DNA of 52,473 nucleotides from a virus (Duplodnaviria; Heunggongvirae; Uroviricota; Caudoviricetes): IMG/VR virus record IMGVR_UViG_2541047750_000003, positions 1 to 52,473 of that record; one strand, 5' to 3'. Shown piece by piece: positions 26,334 to 35,478 of this stretch (position 1 is its first letter; each line of letters starts with the position of its first letter). The notes under the pieces were generated by a model. It saw only the letters and a program-made list of their open reading frames with translations, ran no database searches and was not told where the DNA came from. The position numbers and the translations under genes were made by a program.

Positions 26334-26337
26334 AAAT

Positions 26338-26412
26338 ATGATTGACCCGCTAATCATCCTTTCCTTATGCGTCGCCGTATGGCTGGCGATCATGATATTC
26401 ATTGAAAGCTGA
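26338..26412 (+). CDS. micro-ORF 3, single-TM peptide (24 aa)
   Basis: MIDPLIILSLCVAVWLAIMIFIES; GGGGTGA SD. Confidence 0.45.
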   Translation: MIDPLIILSLCVAVWLAIMIFIES

Positions 26413-26415
26413 AGC

Positions 26416-26514
26416 ATGGATATATTCGAACTGATGGCGATTATGTTCGGAATGATGTTAGGCATTGTCGCCATAATTATTATCATCGGCCTTGTTATGG
26501 GTAGCATCAAATGA
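26416..26514 (+). CDS. micro-ORF 4, single-TM peptide (32 aa)
   Basis: MDIFELMAIMFGMMLGIVAIIIIIGLVMGSIK; ATGA overlap with next ORF. Confidence 0.45.
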   Translation: MDIFELMAIMFGMMLGIVAIIIIIGLVMGSIK

Positions 26515-26591
26515 ACGCATACGAAATGCTATTGCTGGTGGCTGTAGTTGTAGTCATTGCTGTTGATTTTTATCGAGGGCTAAAAAGATGA
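26511..26591 (+). CDS. micro-ORF 5, single-TM peptide (26 aa)
   Basis: MNAYEMLLLVAVVVVIAVDFYRGLKR; ATGA overlap with next ORF. Confidence 0.45.
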   Translation: MNAYEMLLLVAVVVVIAVDFYRGLKR

Positions 26592-26659
26592 GAGAAGCAG
26601 ACTTCTTTTGCATGATTATAGTGATTGTCATCGTTGCGGTGCTTTTAAGTGTTAACTGA
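26588..26659 (+). CDS. micro-ORF 6, single-TM peptide (23 aa)
   Basis: MREADFFCMIIVIVIVAVLLSVN; GAGGG SD. Confidence 0.45.
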   Translation: MREADFFCMIIVIVIVAVLLSVN

Positions 26660-26674
26660 ATCTCAGGAGTTAAA

Positions 26675-26743
26675 ATGAAATGGCTTGATTTCTTTTTCCT
26701 GATTGTCGCGATTGTTCTTACCATGACAGCACTGACTCAGTAG
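26675..26743 (+). CDS. micro-ORF 7, single-TM peptide (22 aa)
   Basis: MKWLDFFFLIVAIVLTMTALTQ; AGGAG SD at ideal spacing. Confidence 0.5.
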   Translation: MKWLDFFFLIVAIVLTMTALTQ

Positions 26744-26751
26744 GTGAGCGA

Positions 26752-26826
26752 ATGAACGCTATTGATATTATGTTGATCGTGTGTACAGTTGCGTTATTTA
26801 TTATCTTGGTAATTATCAATGTCTGA
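26752..26826 (+). CDS. micro-ORF 8, single-TM peptide (24 aa)
   Basis: MNAIDIMLIVCTVALFIILVIINV; GGTGAG SD. Confidence 0.45.
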   Translation: MNAIDIMLIVCTVALFIILVIINV

Positions 26827-26887
26827 TAGTGATTTCTTAATTATAGCTATAAGCGCACTGTTGGTTGTTATTGTTTTCTCCTGGTGA
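26819..26887 (+). CDS. micro-ORF 9, single-TM peptide (22 aa)
   Basis: MSDSDFLIIAISALLVVIVFSW; overlaps micro-ORF 8 by 8 nt; weak SD. Confidence 0.35.
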   Translation: MSDSDFLIIAISALLVVIVFSW

Positions 26888-26895
26888 GAAATATT

Positions 26896-27039
26896 ATGTT
26901 TGAATTTATCGATCTACTGATGTTTTTGCTTTGTTCTGGCGTGCTTATCGTCGCGTTAATGTTATGCGTATACGCGATTGTAATGACTGGTGCGCTAATT
27001 TACAGAGAAGCGAAGCATATATTCAAGGGGCAACAATGA
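26896..27039 (+). CDS. micro-ORF 10, two-helix hydrophobic peptide (47 aa)
   Basis: MFEFIDLLMFLLCSGVLIVALMLCVYAIVMTGALIYREAKHIFKGQQ; GGTGAG SD; ATGA overlap with next ORF. Confidence 0.45.
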   Translation: MFEFIDLLMFLLCSGVLIVALMLCVYAIVMTGALIYREAKHIFKGQQ

Positions 27040-27119
27040 AAGAGCTATTCGACTGGTTGGAAGTATTAACATATTGCGCAAGTTTTGTGGCTTGCGTATA
27101 TATCATCAACAAATATTAA
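27036..27119 (+). CDS. micro-ORF 11, single-TM peptide (27 aa)
   Basis: MKELFDWLEVLTYCASFVACVYIINKY; AAGGGG SD (track ORF 26931..27119 is the same frame extended upstream). Confidence 0.45.
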   Translation: MKELFDWLEVLTYCASFVACVYIINKY

Positions 27120-27130
27120 GAGGTGACGAT

Positions 27131-27274
27131 ATGAACGATGAAGAACTAAAAATAGCAGATGAAATAAGAAAGACACTTGATTCAGCAGAAAATAATGAAA
27201 CCATCTATCTTTCCGAACAGGAAGTAGAAAAGATGATGAATGAATTTAAATTAAGATTTGGTAAAGATGATTAA
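27131..27274 (+). CDS. small acidic soluble protein (47 aa)
   Basis: MNDEELKIADEIRKTLDSAENNETIYLSEQEVEKMMNEFKLRFGKDD; strong AAGAGGTG SD (internal start of track ORF 27074..27274). Confidence 0.45.
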   Translation: MNDEELKIADEIRKTLDSAENNETIYLSEQEVEKMMNEFKLRFGKDD

Positions 27275-27284
27275 GAGGTGAATT

Positions 27285-27800
27285 ATGGCCCGCACTAAAA
27301 AGGCAAATGCTGACGATAAAAAGCCAGCAGCCAAAAAGACGGGCCGTCCGCATGGTTATACCGAAGAAAAGGCATTAGAAATCTGTGAGCTGGTGGCGGA
27401 CGGTCAGAGTATTAACAAAATTTCGAAGATGCCTGATATGCCTGCGCGTTCAACAATCCTTAAATGGTTCAGAGACGTGCCGGAGTTCTCGGACATGTAC
27501 ATGCGCGCGAAGGAGATCGGTTTTGAGATATTGGCTGATGAGATTATCGACATAGCAGACGCAGCGGAGAACACCGATAAAGACCAATGCCGCCGCCATC
27601 AACTGATGATTGAAACTCGTAAATGGTTACTGGCAAAACTGCAACCGCGTAAATACGGCGAACGCGTCACACAGGAGATCGTCGGTAACAAGGAAGAAGC
27701 ACCCGTCCAGGTAGAAGTAAATCAGACTACTGTCCTTGAGATAATCGATAACCTGAATAAGGAGTACAATACTCATGGAGACTGCGACGACAAAGATTGA
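27285..27800 (+). CDS. terminase small subunit
   Basis: 171 aa; N-terminal HTH KKTGRPHGYTEEKALEICELVADGQSINKISKMPDMPARSTILKWF typical of small terminase subunits; immediately precedes large subunit. Confidence 0.7.
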   Translation: MARTKKANADDKKPAAKKTGRPHGYTEEKALEICELVADGQSINKISKMPDMPARSTILKWFRDVPEFSDMYMRAKEIGFEILADEIIDIADAAENTDKDQCRRHQLMIETRKWLLAKLQPRKYGERVTQEIVGNKEEAPVQVEVNQTTVLEIIDNLNKEYNTHGDCDDKD

Positions 27801-29289
27801 CAGAGAGGTTCTAAGGGGGTTGTGTGTTAAAGGTTGTGCTCCCAAAGACATATCAGCACCTTTGTTTTTTAGTTCCTACTTTTATAAGCAACAGGTTGGC
27901 AAGGACTTTTTGGTTGGGCGTCATCACAGAATAATTGCCGATACGCTACAACGAGTTATTAATGGTGAAATCACCAGGTTGATAATCAACATCCCACCGG
28001 GCTATGGCAAAACAATGATTGCCACAATTCACATGATGGCCCGCTGCCTCGCAATAGAACCCCGCACCAGATTCCTGCATGTATCGTATTCACACGGACT
28101 CGCCTTGCTTAATTCCTCAGAGACAAGAAACATAATCACGATGCCGCAATATCAGGAATTGTGGCCTATGCAAATGCGCAACGATTCGAACGCGAAAAAC
28201 CTGTGGTGGACCACTCAGGGTGGCGGCGTGTATGCGACGTCATCGCTTGGACAGGTGACAGGGTTCCGCGCCGGGTACATGGAACCTAGGTTTAACGGCG
28301 CAATGATTATTGATGACCCCCTGAAACCAGCTGACGCTTATTCTGATGTGGTGCGAAAGCAGGTTAATACCAATTACAACGACACGCTTTCTTCGCGCCT
28401 GGCTGTGCAAACAACGCCAGTGATCGTCATCATGCAGCGTATCCACTACGATGATTTATCCGGCTACCTGTTACGTGGCGGTAGTGGTGAGAAATGGCAT
28501 CACCTTTGCCTGCCAGTGAAGATCGACAACAGTCTTGACTATTGGGATCTGTACCCGGAAAACAAATTTGCTATTCCTGTTCCTCACAACCTGCCGGATG
28601 GCTGGCTATGGTTGCATAAGCATAGTGATAAAGATGAATCAACTCTTAAATCACATCGCCGAACATTCGAAGCTCAATATATGCAGTGTCCGCGCAAGTT
28701 CGATCAAGAGGGCGCATTGTGGACTGAAGCGATGATAACCGCCGCGCACATGATGCAGATAACGCGGGAGAAAATTCGCACGGTGATAGCCATCGACCCG
28801 GCGACAACATCATCTGATGAGTCAGACGAAACAGGGATTGTAGCCTGTTCCGCTTATGGTGGTGGCAAGAATGCTCAGTATTCAGTAGACGGTGACTACT
28901 CAGGCCGCATGTCACCTAATGACTGGGCGCAAGCAGCAATGAACGCCTACAACATCCATGAAGCTGACGCGATGGTTATCGAAACCAACCAGGGTGGTGA
29001 TATGGCAGAGGCCACACTACGCAATGCAGGATTTAAGGGCCGCATTGTTAAGGTGCACGCAAGCAAGGGTAAATTTGCCCGCGCCGAACCAATATCTGCA
29101 TTGTATGCACAGGGTAGGGTAGCCCACACTGGCAGCCTGTACACGCTGGAAAATCAAATGATGGAATATGTGCCAGCTACCGCTAAAAAATCCCCTGACC
29201 GTATGGATGCGATGGTATGGGGGATCACTGAATTAAGCCAACCACAGGCGATGGGTCTTATGTTACCTAAACGCCTGCGCGGATTTTAA
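27775..29289 (+). CDS. terminase large subunit
   Basis: 504 aa; Walker A-like PPGYGKTMIAT, acidic Walker B-like MIIDDP, C-terminal nuclease-like region; overlaps small subunit. Confidence 0.75.
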   Translation: METATTKIDREVLRGLCVKGCAPKDISAPLFFSSYFYKQQVGKDFLVGRHHRIIADTLQRVINGEITRLIINIPPGYGKTMIATIHMMARCLAIEPRTRFLHVSYSHGLALLNSSETRNIITMPQYQELWPMQMRNDSNAKNLWWTTQGGGVYATSSLGQVTGFRAGYMEPRFNGAMIIDDPLKPADAYSDVVRKQVNTNYNDTLSSRLAVQTTPVIVIMQRIHYDDLSGYLLRGGSGEKWHHLCLPVKIDNSLDYWDLYPENKFAIPVPHNLPDGWLWLHKHSDKDESTLKSHRRTFEAQYMQCPRKFDQEGALWTEAMITAAHMMQITREKIRTVIAIDPATTSSDESDETGIVACSAYGGGKNAQYSVDGDYSGRMSPNDWAQAAMNAYNIHEADAMVIETNQGGDMAEATLRNAGFKGRIVKVHASKGKFARAEPISALYAQGRVAHTGSLYTLENQMMEYVPATAKKSPDRMDAMVWGITELSQPQAMGLMLPKRLRGF

Positions 29290-29307
29290 GTTATTGATTA
29301 TTATCAA

Positions 29308-29326
29308 CTTCGAAAAATTTTCGAAG
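29308..29326. promoter_or_regulatory. near-perfect palindrome CTTCGAAAAATTTTCGAAG
   Basis: 19-nt hairpin or dyad in the 127-nt terminase-portal gap. Confidence 0.4.
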
Positions 29327-29392
29327 ATGAACAAGAATAATTCTCAATTGGCTACATAAAATCTGTCTCACAATCCCCCACAAGTTTTTCTA

Positions 29393-29416
29393 TTTTTCGC
29401 GTAGCAACGCGTAAAC
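29393..29416 (+). promoter_or_regulatory. conserved element TTTTTCGCGTAGCAACGCGTAAAC (copy 1)
   Basis: 22 of 24 nt identical to 41214-41237; contains CGCGTA direct repeat; 22 nt upstream of portal ATG. Confidence 0.45.
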
Positions 29417-29437
29417 ATGTATTCAGGAGTAAACATT

Positions 29438-30808
29438 ATGCCATCCAATTTAGAATTGGCGGTTAATGCCGCCTTGTCACAACGCCAGGCGGCCTTTGCC
29501 CGCTATGCAGCAGCTAACCCATTCTCAATGGGTATTGATGCAAAACGTGATGCTGCGTGGAGTGAATACGGATTCAAAGAAGAAATCACCTATGACGATT
29601 TATACAAACTGTATCGTCGCGGTGGTATCGCTCACGGTGCTATTGAGAAGATCATTACTACGTGCTGGCGCACCAGGCCAACGCTGATTGAAGGTACGGA
29701 AGACGAGAAAGCGGAAAAGGAAACGTCGTGGGAAAGAGAAATCAAAAAACAATTTGATAATCGTTTCTGGCGCGTCATAGCTGAATGTGATCGCCGCCGC
29801 CTCATTGGTCGTTATGCTGGCCTGTTGATTCATGTCAGAGATAACCAGCCGTGGGATCAGCCAGTAACAAAAGGCGTAGGTATTGCCAAATTTACCCCGG
29901 TATGGGCTGGCGCTCTTACACCGAAGGAGTTTGAAGAAGACCCGAATAGTGAAAACTATGGCCTGCCTACATGGTGGGAATACAAGGAGCGCATTAACAG
30001 TAAGACCATAGCAAGAAAGATACATCCAGATCGCATATTTATCTTCGGTGATTATTCTGATGATGCCATCGCTTTCCTTGAGCCGTCCTATAACGCATTC
30101 GTTTCGCTGGAGAAAGTGGAAGGCGGCAGCGGTGAGTCATTCCTGAAAAACGCAGCACGTCAACTGGCTATCTCGTTCGATAAAGAAATTGATTTCCGTT
30201 CTCTGGCTGCAACATACGGTTGCGACGTTACAGAGCTACGCGAAAAATTCAATGAAGCGGCAGAGGATATAAATAAAGGTAATGATGTGATGATGGCATT
30301 ACAGGGGGCTACCGTTAGCCCGCTGGTTACTGCCGTAGCAGATCCTTCCGCTACCTATGACGTCAACCTGCAAACCGCAGCCGCTGGTATCGATATTCCA
30401 ACGCGTATCCTGGTTGGGAATCAGCAGGGCGAACGCGCATCAACCGAAGACCTCCGCTACTTCAATAACCGCTGCATGACCCGCCGTGAGGAAATAGGAG
30501 GCGAGCTTGAAGAACTATTCCGCAAGATGGCAGATCTCCGCCTTATCGGTATGCCAGTAGACGTATCTGTACTGTGGGACGACCTTAACGCCATGACAAA
30601 AGCAGAGCTACTTGACGCGGCATACAAAATGGCACAAATCAATCAGGCATGTCTCGCTACTGGTGAGGAAATATTCAGCGGTGACGAGATCCGCGAAGCT
30701 GCCGGATACGATGGCCCTGCTAGTGAGGTAGAACTGGAAGAGGAAAACGATGATGAAAGTGAAGAAGATAATCAGGCGAATACCTCCAGCCGCGATAATG
30801 CCATCTAA
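29438..30808 (+). CDS. portal protein
   Basis: 456 aa from ATG after AGGAG RBS (track ORF 29417..30808); follows terminase; acidic C-terminal tail. Confidence 0.6.
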   Translation: MPSNLELAVNAALSQRQAAFARYAAANPFSMGIDAKRDAAWSEYGFKEEITYDDLYKLYRRGGIAHGAIEKIITTCWRTRPTLIEGTEDEKAEKETSWEREIKKQFDNRFWRVIAECDRRRLIGRYAGLLIHVRDNQPWDQPVTKGVGIAKFTPVWAGALTPKEFEEDPNSENYGLPTWWEYKERINSKTIARKIHPDRIFIFGDYSDDAIAFLEPSYNAFVSLEKVEGGSGESFLKNAARQLAISFDKEIDFRSLAATYGCDVTELREKFNEAAEDINKGNDVMMALQGATVSPLVTAVADPSATYDVNLQTAAAGIDIPTRILVGNQQGERASTEDLRYFNNRCMTRREEIGGELEELFRKMADLRLIGMPVDVSVLWDDLNAMTKAELLDAAYKMAQINQACLATGEEIFSGDEIREAAGYDGPASEVELEEENDDESEEDNQANTSSRDNAI

Positions 30809-31694
30809 CACCGAAGACCCGACCGCGACAGGTAAGTTAAGGTCGGGAGCTATTAAGCGTTTTAAAGCCTGCCTGAAGAAAGTTGCGGATCCGTATATTG
30901 CCATACTGGACAGAATACAATATACCCTGGCTGTTAATAAAAAATACACCTTCCAGATCTACATCGACGAATTACATGATTTGCTGGAAGACGCCAGCGA
31001 CATGATTGATGAAATATTCGAGTTAACAGACCCGGAAAACTTCTGGTTCTGGCAGGAATACGTGAAGGTGGCATATCAGCGCGGCACTTCTCAGGAATAT
31101 GCCAACCTCGCTAACCAGTCAGTCACATATTCCAGGGCTTACCCTGAAGTGTCGGCGGTATTAACCAGTCAGACATATCGCACACGCCTTGCCCTGGTTC
31201 GTACCCGTGTATTTGAAGAGATGCGCGGGCTGACCGCACAGATCAAAAAGGATATGGCCCGACGATTAACCGAAGGGATGGCCCGTGGCTTAAACCCACT
31301 TGAAATAGCGCGCACATTGCAGCAGGAAACGCAATTGCCTCTATACAGGTGCAAACGTATTGCCCGTACTGAAATATGCACAGCGTTGCGCACAGCGCGT
31401 ATGGATGAGGCAGAGGCCGCATCGGATGAGCTTAACTTGCGCACTATGCAGATGCACATTTCGGCATTGTCGCCGACTACCAGGCTGTCACACGCACAGC
31501 GGCACGGAAAAACGTACACCATAGAAGAGCAGCGCGAATGGTGGAGTAGATCCCCTAATTCAATTAACTGCAAATGTAGCACGATTACCGTATTAGTTGA
31601 CGAAGACGGTAATATATTAAACGAAAGAATATTAGATCGGGCGCAAGAAAACTACAAAGTTGCGCACGCTAAATATGGCGAAGATTGGGAGTAA
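30798..31694 (+). CDS. head morphogenesis protein (Mu F / SPP1 gp7-like minor capsid protein)
   Basis: Position after portal; start uncertain (track ORF 30750..31694). Confidence 0.5.
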   Translation: MPSNTEDPTATGKLRSGAIKRFKACLKKVADPYIAILDRIQYTLAVNKKYTFQIYIDELHDLLEDASDMIDEIFELTDPENFWFWQEYVKVAYQRGTSQEYANLANQSVTYSRAYPEVSAVLTSQTYRTRLALVRTRVFEEMRGLTAQIKKDMARRLTEGMARGLNPLEIARTLQQETQLPLYRCKRIARTEICTALRTARMDEAEAASDELNLRTMQMHISALSPTTRLSHAQRHGKTYTIEEQREWWSRSPNSINCKCSTITVLVDEDGNILNERILDRAQENYKVAHAKYGEDWE

Positions 31695-31699
31695 AAACC

Positions 31700-32968
31700 G
31701 TGAATAAAGAGCTGATTCAGGTTAATACCAAATTAACCGCTAATACCATCCGCTGGGAAACATATAACGGGCGTGAACACATTGTGGTCCCGTCATATAC
31801 GTTGCCCTTCAATATCGTTATGAATCGGGAATATTACCCGGAAGCTGAAATCATTGCTAATTATCAATCTCTGGAAGGCACGCTCGCACCGCTGGGCCAT
31901 CCTACGGTTGACGGTGAATTTGTTTCCGCATTTAGCCCGGAAGGTCTGAATATTGGCTTTTGTGGAGCGTGGAACAGAAATGTTGAATTACGCGGCAATC
32001 GTGTTTATGTGGAAAAATGGGTGGATGTTGAAACCGCCAGCCATTCAGAACAAGGCCGCGAATTATTAAGCCGACTGGAAGCGCTGGAAAAAGGCGAAAG
32101 CAAAGATCCGATCTGGTCATCCGTAGCCGTATATCGTCAGCGTATGCCAGCCACCGAAGAAATGAAAGCCCAGGGTGCTGACAGCGTTGTCAAAATTATG
32201 TCGATTGACCATGACGCTATCTTATTGCACGAACCGCCTGCCGCATCGCCTGAACAGGGCGTTGGCCTGATGGTTAACACTGACCAGGCGAAGCCGTTAA
32301 TGGCGGTGGCAATGAAAGAAAACAGCTATCGCACGCTTGAAAGACAACTTGAGGAAGCGGCGCGTAAACTGTTCCCCGATGCAGATTATGTCTATGTTGT
32401 GGACTTCACTGATAAAGAAGTGACTATTGCCACTAACGCTGAAAATGCTCAAGTTTGCACGTATGAAAAACAGGCTGATAAAATAATTCTCAATAATGGC
32501 GAGCTTGCAACCAATGAGGAAGGTAAATCCTGGTTCGCTCAGTTCGCTGAACACCTATCCAATCTTTTCTCACTGAATGAAAAAATTAAGGCCAATAAAT
32601 CGGAGGACGATCCCATGCCTTTGACCAAAGAAGAACGCGCCGAACTGGTAAAAGAAATTAACGAAAGCATCACTGCAAATATGGCTAATGCAATCGCTGA
32701 AGCACTTAAACCAGTACAGGCAAGCGTTGAAGAATTACAGATCAACCAGAAAGCGATTAAAGAAGAGATCGCAGCAAACGCAAATAAAGAAGTAGCAGAA
32801 AAACGCGCCGCAGTAGCAAAAGTGCACGGCGAAATTGTTGCTAACGCATTAAATGGGGAAGCGTTAGAAGCAATGTTTAAATCCCTGGGCAACGCAACGC
32901 CGATGGCAACCAACGCAGCAAGCGAAGGTAAAAAAGGCGAAGTACCAGACTTTAACACTTATTTCTAA
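31700..32968 (+). CDS. scaffolding-like protein
   Basis: GTG start after GGGAG RBS (track ORF starts at a TTG at 31685); Ala/Glu/Lys-rich helical C-terminal half; located between head morphogenesis and capsid genes. Confidence 0.45.
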   Translation: MNKELIQVNTKLTANTIRWETYNGREHIVVPSYTLPFNIVMNREYYPEAEIIANYQSLEGTLAPLGHPTVDGEFVSAFSPEGLNIGFCGAWNRNVELRGNRVYVEKWVDVETASHSEQGRELLSRLEALEKGESKDPIWSSVAVYRQRMPATEEMKAQGADSVVKIMSIDHDAILLHEPPAASPEQGVGLMVNTDQAKPLMAVAMKENSYRTLERQLEEAARKLFPDADYVYVVDFTDKEVTIATNAENAQVCTYEKQADKIILNNGELATNEEGKSWFAQFAEHLSNLFSLNEKIKANKSEDDPMPLTKEERAELVKEINESITANMANAIAEALKPVQASVEELQINQKAIKEEIAANANKEVAEKRAAVAKVHGEIVANALNGEALEAMFKSLGNATPMATNAASEGKKGEVPDFNTYF

Positions 32969-32984
32969 TTAAAAGGGGATCACA

Positions 32985-33398
32985 ATGTTTCGTTTTCGTC
33001 GTGTAAATATTGATGGTAAATCCATTACCGAAACACGCGCAGCAGGTGCTGAATTAAAACCGGGGACGCTGGTGGTGTTGAAAGACGGTAAGTTTGTGAA
33101 CGCTGTCGATGGTGAGGCTGGCGAGAGTGCCACTGCTGCCAGTGATTATACCGCTGGTGCTCGCTTGTATATCGTTAATCCTGCTTATCATGAAGGTAAA
33201 GGTATTGGTGATGCCATCGCAGTAGGTAACACAGTAGTTGCAGATTATGTAGAGCAGGGCCGAGAGTTCGCCATGCGCCTTAATACTGGTGCATATAAAA
33301 AAGACCAGGCCATTAAACTTGGTGAGGTCACTGTCGCTTATTGCCAGGAAGACGTAACCCTGGAAGCGGTTGATTTCGTCCGTGTTCGCGTCGCATAA
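32985..33398 (+). CDS. head decoration or accessory capsid protein (137 aa)
   Basis: Position immediately upstream of major capsid gene; Gly/Ala/Val-rich. Confidence 0.4.
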   Translation: MFRFRRVNIDGKSITETRAAGAELKPGTLVVLKDGKFVNAVDGEAGESATAASDYTAGARLYIVNPAYHEGKGIGDAIAVGNTVVADYVEQGREFAMRLNTGAYKKDQAIKLGEVTVAYCQEDVTLEAVDFVRVRVA

Positions 33399-33413
33399 AA
33401 AGAGGTATACATA

Positions 33414-34475
33414 ATGTATTTTACTAGAGAAAATTTAGCCACAAACGCCCGTATGCAAGCGCACTGGAGCGAACTGTGGGCGCAGCGCAATATCTTTAAT
33501 GCGCAGCATAACGCGATGATTGCAGCTAACCGCGCGAATATGACCGCTGAAATGCTGGCCTGTAACGCTGTTGGCGGCTTCGAAAAAGAATTCTGGAAAG
33601 AAATCGATAATCAGATTATCGAACTGAGCCAGGAAGAAATCGGTATTGAGATCGTCAACGACCTGATGGCTGTGCAAACCGTACTGCCTATCGGTAAAAC
33701 GCTGAAAATGTACAGCGTAGCAGGCGATATCAACGATGAAGTCGTTATGTCTATGGATGGTCAAGCGCCACACGGCTTTGATCACACCGAATACGGTAGC
33801 GATGGCGACCCGATTCCAATGTTCACCGCAGGTTACGGTGTTAACTGGCGTCACGCTGCTGGGTTAAATACCGTTGGTATTGACCTCGCCCTGGATAGCC
33901 AGCGCCTTAAATTGCGCCAGTTCAACAAACGCCGCGTTAAATTCTACCTTGAAGGGAATGACGCGATGGTCGTTGATGGTCATAAGGCGATGGGCCTGAA
34001 AACCCACAAGAATACACAGAAATTGAGCCTGAAAACCGCGAAAATCGACCTGACTACCGCCACCTTTGACGTGCTGATTAAATTCTTCACTACTGGTGCT
34101 TTCGGTGCTCTGGCCCGCGCTAACTTCGTAGCTAAGTACGATGTCATGTGGGTATCCCCTGAAATCATGGCTAACCTGGCTGCGCCTCACATCGTTAATG
34201 GCGCTGTTGTTGGTCGTGTTCTGGATGTTATCAAGCCATACCTCCCGGTTGGTGAAGTTCGCCAGACCTTCGCGCTGACAGGTAACGAATTTATTGCCTA
34301 CCAGCGCCAGAAATCAGTAATTAGCCCGCTGATCGGTATGACCACTGGTGTTGTTCCGCTGCCGCGCCAGATGCCGACTGATAACTACAACTTCCGCATC
34401 ATGTCTGCCGAGGGTCTACAGATCACTGCTGACATGGCTGGTCGTTCAGGTGTTGTCTTTGGTAGCGGTGAGTAA
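33414..34475 (+). CDS. major capsid protein
   Basis: 353 aa; position, size, strong AGAGGT RBS, followed by a strong terminator. Confidence 0.65.
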   Translation: MYFTRENLATNARMQAHWSELWAQRNIFNAQHNAMIAANRANMTAEMLACNAVGGFEKEFWKEIDNQIIELSQEEIGIEIVNDLMAVQTVLPIGKTLKMYSVAGDINDEVVMSMDGQAPHGFDHTEYGSDGDPIPMFTAGYGVNWRHAAGLNTVGIDLALDSQRLKLRQFNKRRVKFYLEGNDAMVVDGHKAMGLKTHKNTQKLSLKTAKIDLTTATFDVLIKFFTTGAFGALARANFVAKYDVMWVSPEIMANLAAPHIVNGAVVGRVLDVIKPYLPVGEVRQTFALTGNEFIAYQRQKSVISPLIGMTTGVVPLPRQMPTDNYNFRIMSAEGLQITADMAGRSGVVFGSGE

Positions 34476-34495
34476 TTAGCATCTTCTCTGTAACT

Positions 34496-34523
34496 CCCCG
34501 GCGCGATGCCGGGGATTTTTTTT
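34496..34523 (+). terminator. intrinsic terminator after the capsid gene
   Basis: ccccggc-gcgat-gccgggg followed by ATTTTTTTT. Confidence 0.7.
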
Positions 34524-34540
34524 GTATGTGGAGCAAACAA

Positions 34541-34927
34541 ATGGTCACTACAGAACAGGCGCGGGAATATCTTGAAAGCCAGGGTATTGACCTGCCAGAC
34601 GTTATCTTATCTTTGCTGGTGGAGCAGGCAAACAGCGTTAACGAATGCCTTGATGCCAACTATCCGGCCTCCACTGCAACATTGATTCAACTTTACCTGA
34701 TTGGCCTGTTAGGACTCACCCAGGCTAACAAATACGTTTCCTCGCATACTGGTACGAACGGTGCAAGCCAGTCATACCGCTATGTCGATTTCAATAAAAA
34801 ATGGAAGGCAGCCTACTCGTTGCTTTACTCCCTTGATAAACATCACTGTACAGCCGAACTGATTCCACCAGATCCAGAAAACACCGCGCGCGCAGGGCTT
34901 TGGATAGGTAAAAGTGGGAGGATATAA
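34541..34927 (+). CDS. head-tail connector/adaptor protein (positional)
   Basis: Start refined to ATG after GGAG (track ORF 34526..34927). Confidence 0.4.
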   Translation: MVTTEQAREYLESQGIDLPDVILSLLVEQANSVNECLDANYPASTATLIQLYLIGLLGLTQANKYVSSHTGTNGASQSYRYVDFNKKWKAAYSLLYSLDKHHCTAELIPPDPENTARAGLWIGKSGRI

Positions 34928-34929
34928 CA

Positions 34930-35115
34930 ATGTGGAACGACCTGACATTACCGGATCCAGTATTGCCGAAACCATTTACCCGCGTGTGGGTTAAAACGGA
35001 TAGCGGACGCCAGGTGGCGGCCTACCTCAATGATGCTGGCTTATGGGTAATTCTTTGCCCGCGCGTGGCGAAAACTCATCCAAAGGTCATTAGCTGGAGT
35101 TACGGCTATGAGTAA
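34930..35115 (+). CDS. small structural-module protein (61 aa)
   Basis: ORF coupled to neighbours. Confidence 0.35.
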   Translation: MWNDLTLPDPVLPKPFTRVWVKTDSGRQVAAYLNDAGLWVILCPRVAKTHPKVISWSYGYE

Positions 35116-35476
35116 GATTGCGCGATTCAGTTACAAGGCATTAGCCACCATCTACCCCGTAACGCATGACGACTGGACAAACGCCGACGTATACGGCGCA
35201 CCATACCTGATTAACTGCGCATGGGAGCGCACCGACGGCACTGCAACAGACACAAACGGTAATGAGGTTAGCAATACAATAACCGTATTTACCGAACTGC
35301 TTCATAATATGCAGCCAGTGCAGCGCCCGAAAAACGGCTGGATGATTGCCACTGGCGACACCACTAATATTTCCGACCCGCTGGTGGCTGGGGCCAACGT
35401 TATTACCGGGATCGTTGAATGGGATATGAGCATGTTTAACGACACGCCGGATTATAAGATCGTGACAGGGGGTTAA
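35108..35476 (+). CDS. head-tail joining protein (positional, 122 aa)
   Basis: ORF in structural operon. Confidence 0.4.
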   Translation: MSKIARFSYKALATIYPVTHDDWTNADVYGAPYLINCAWERTDGTATDTNGNEVSNTITVFTELLHNMQPVQRPKNGWMIATGDTTNISDPLVAGANVITGIVEWDMSMFNDTPDYKIVTGG

Positions 35477-35478
35477 TC

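Noticed and set aside
26253-26510. 85-aa minus-strand ORF across the micro-ORF region
   Set aside because: Antisense translation of the hydrophobic-peptide array (Ile/Met/Asn-rich), no RBS; the plus-strand micro-ORFs have SD sequences and translational coupling
33435-34190. Minus-strand ORFs (139 and 108 aa) inside the major capsid gene
   Set aside because: Antisense shadow ORFs within a gene with strong positional and RBS support
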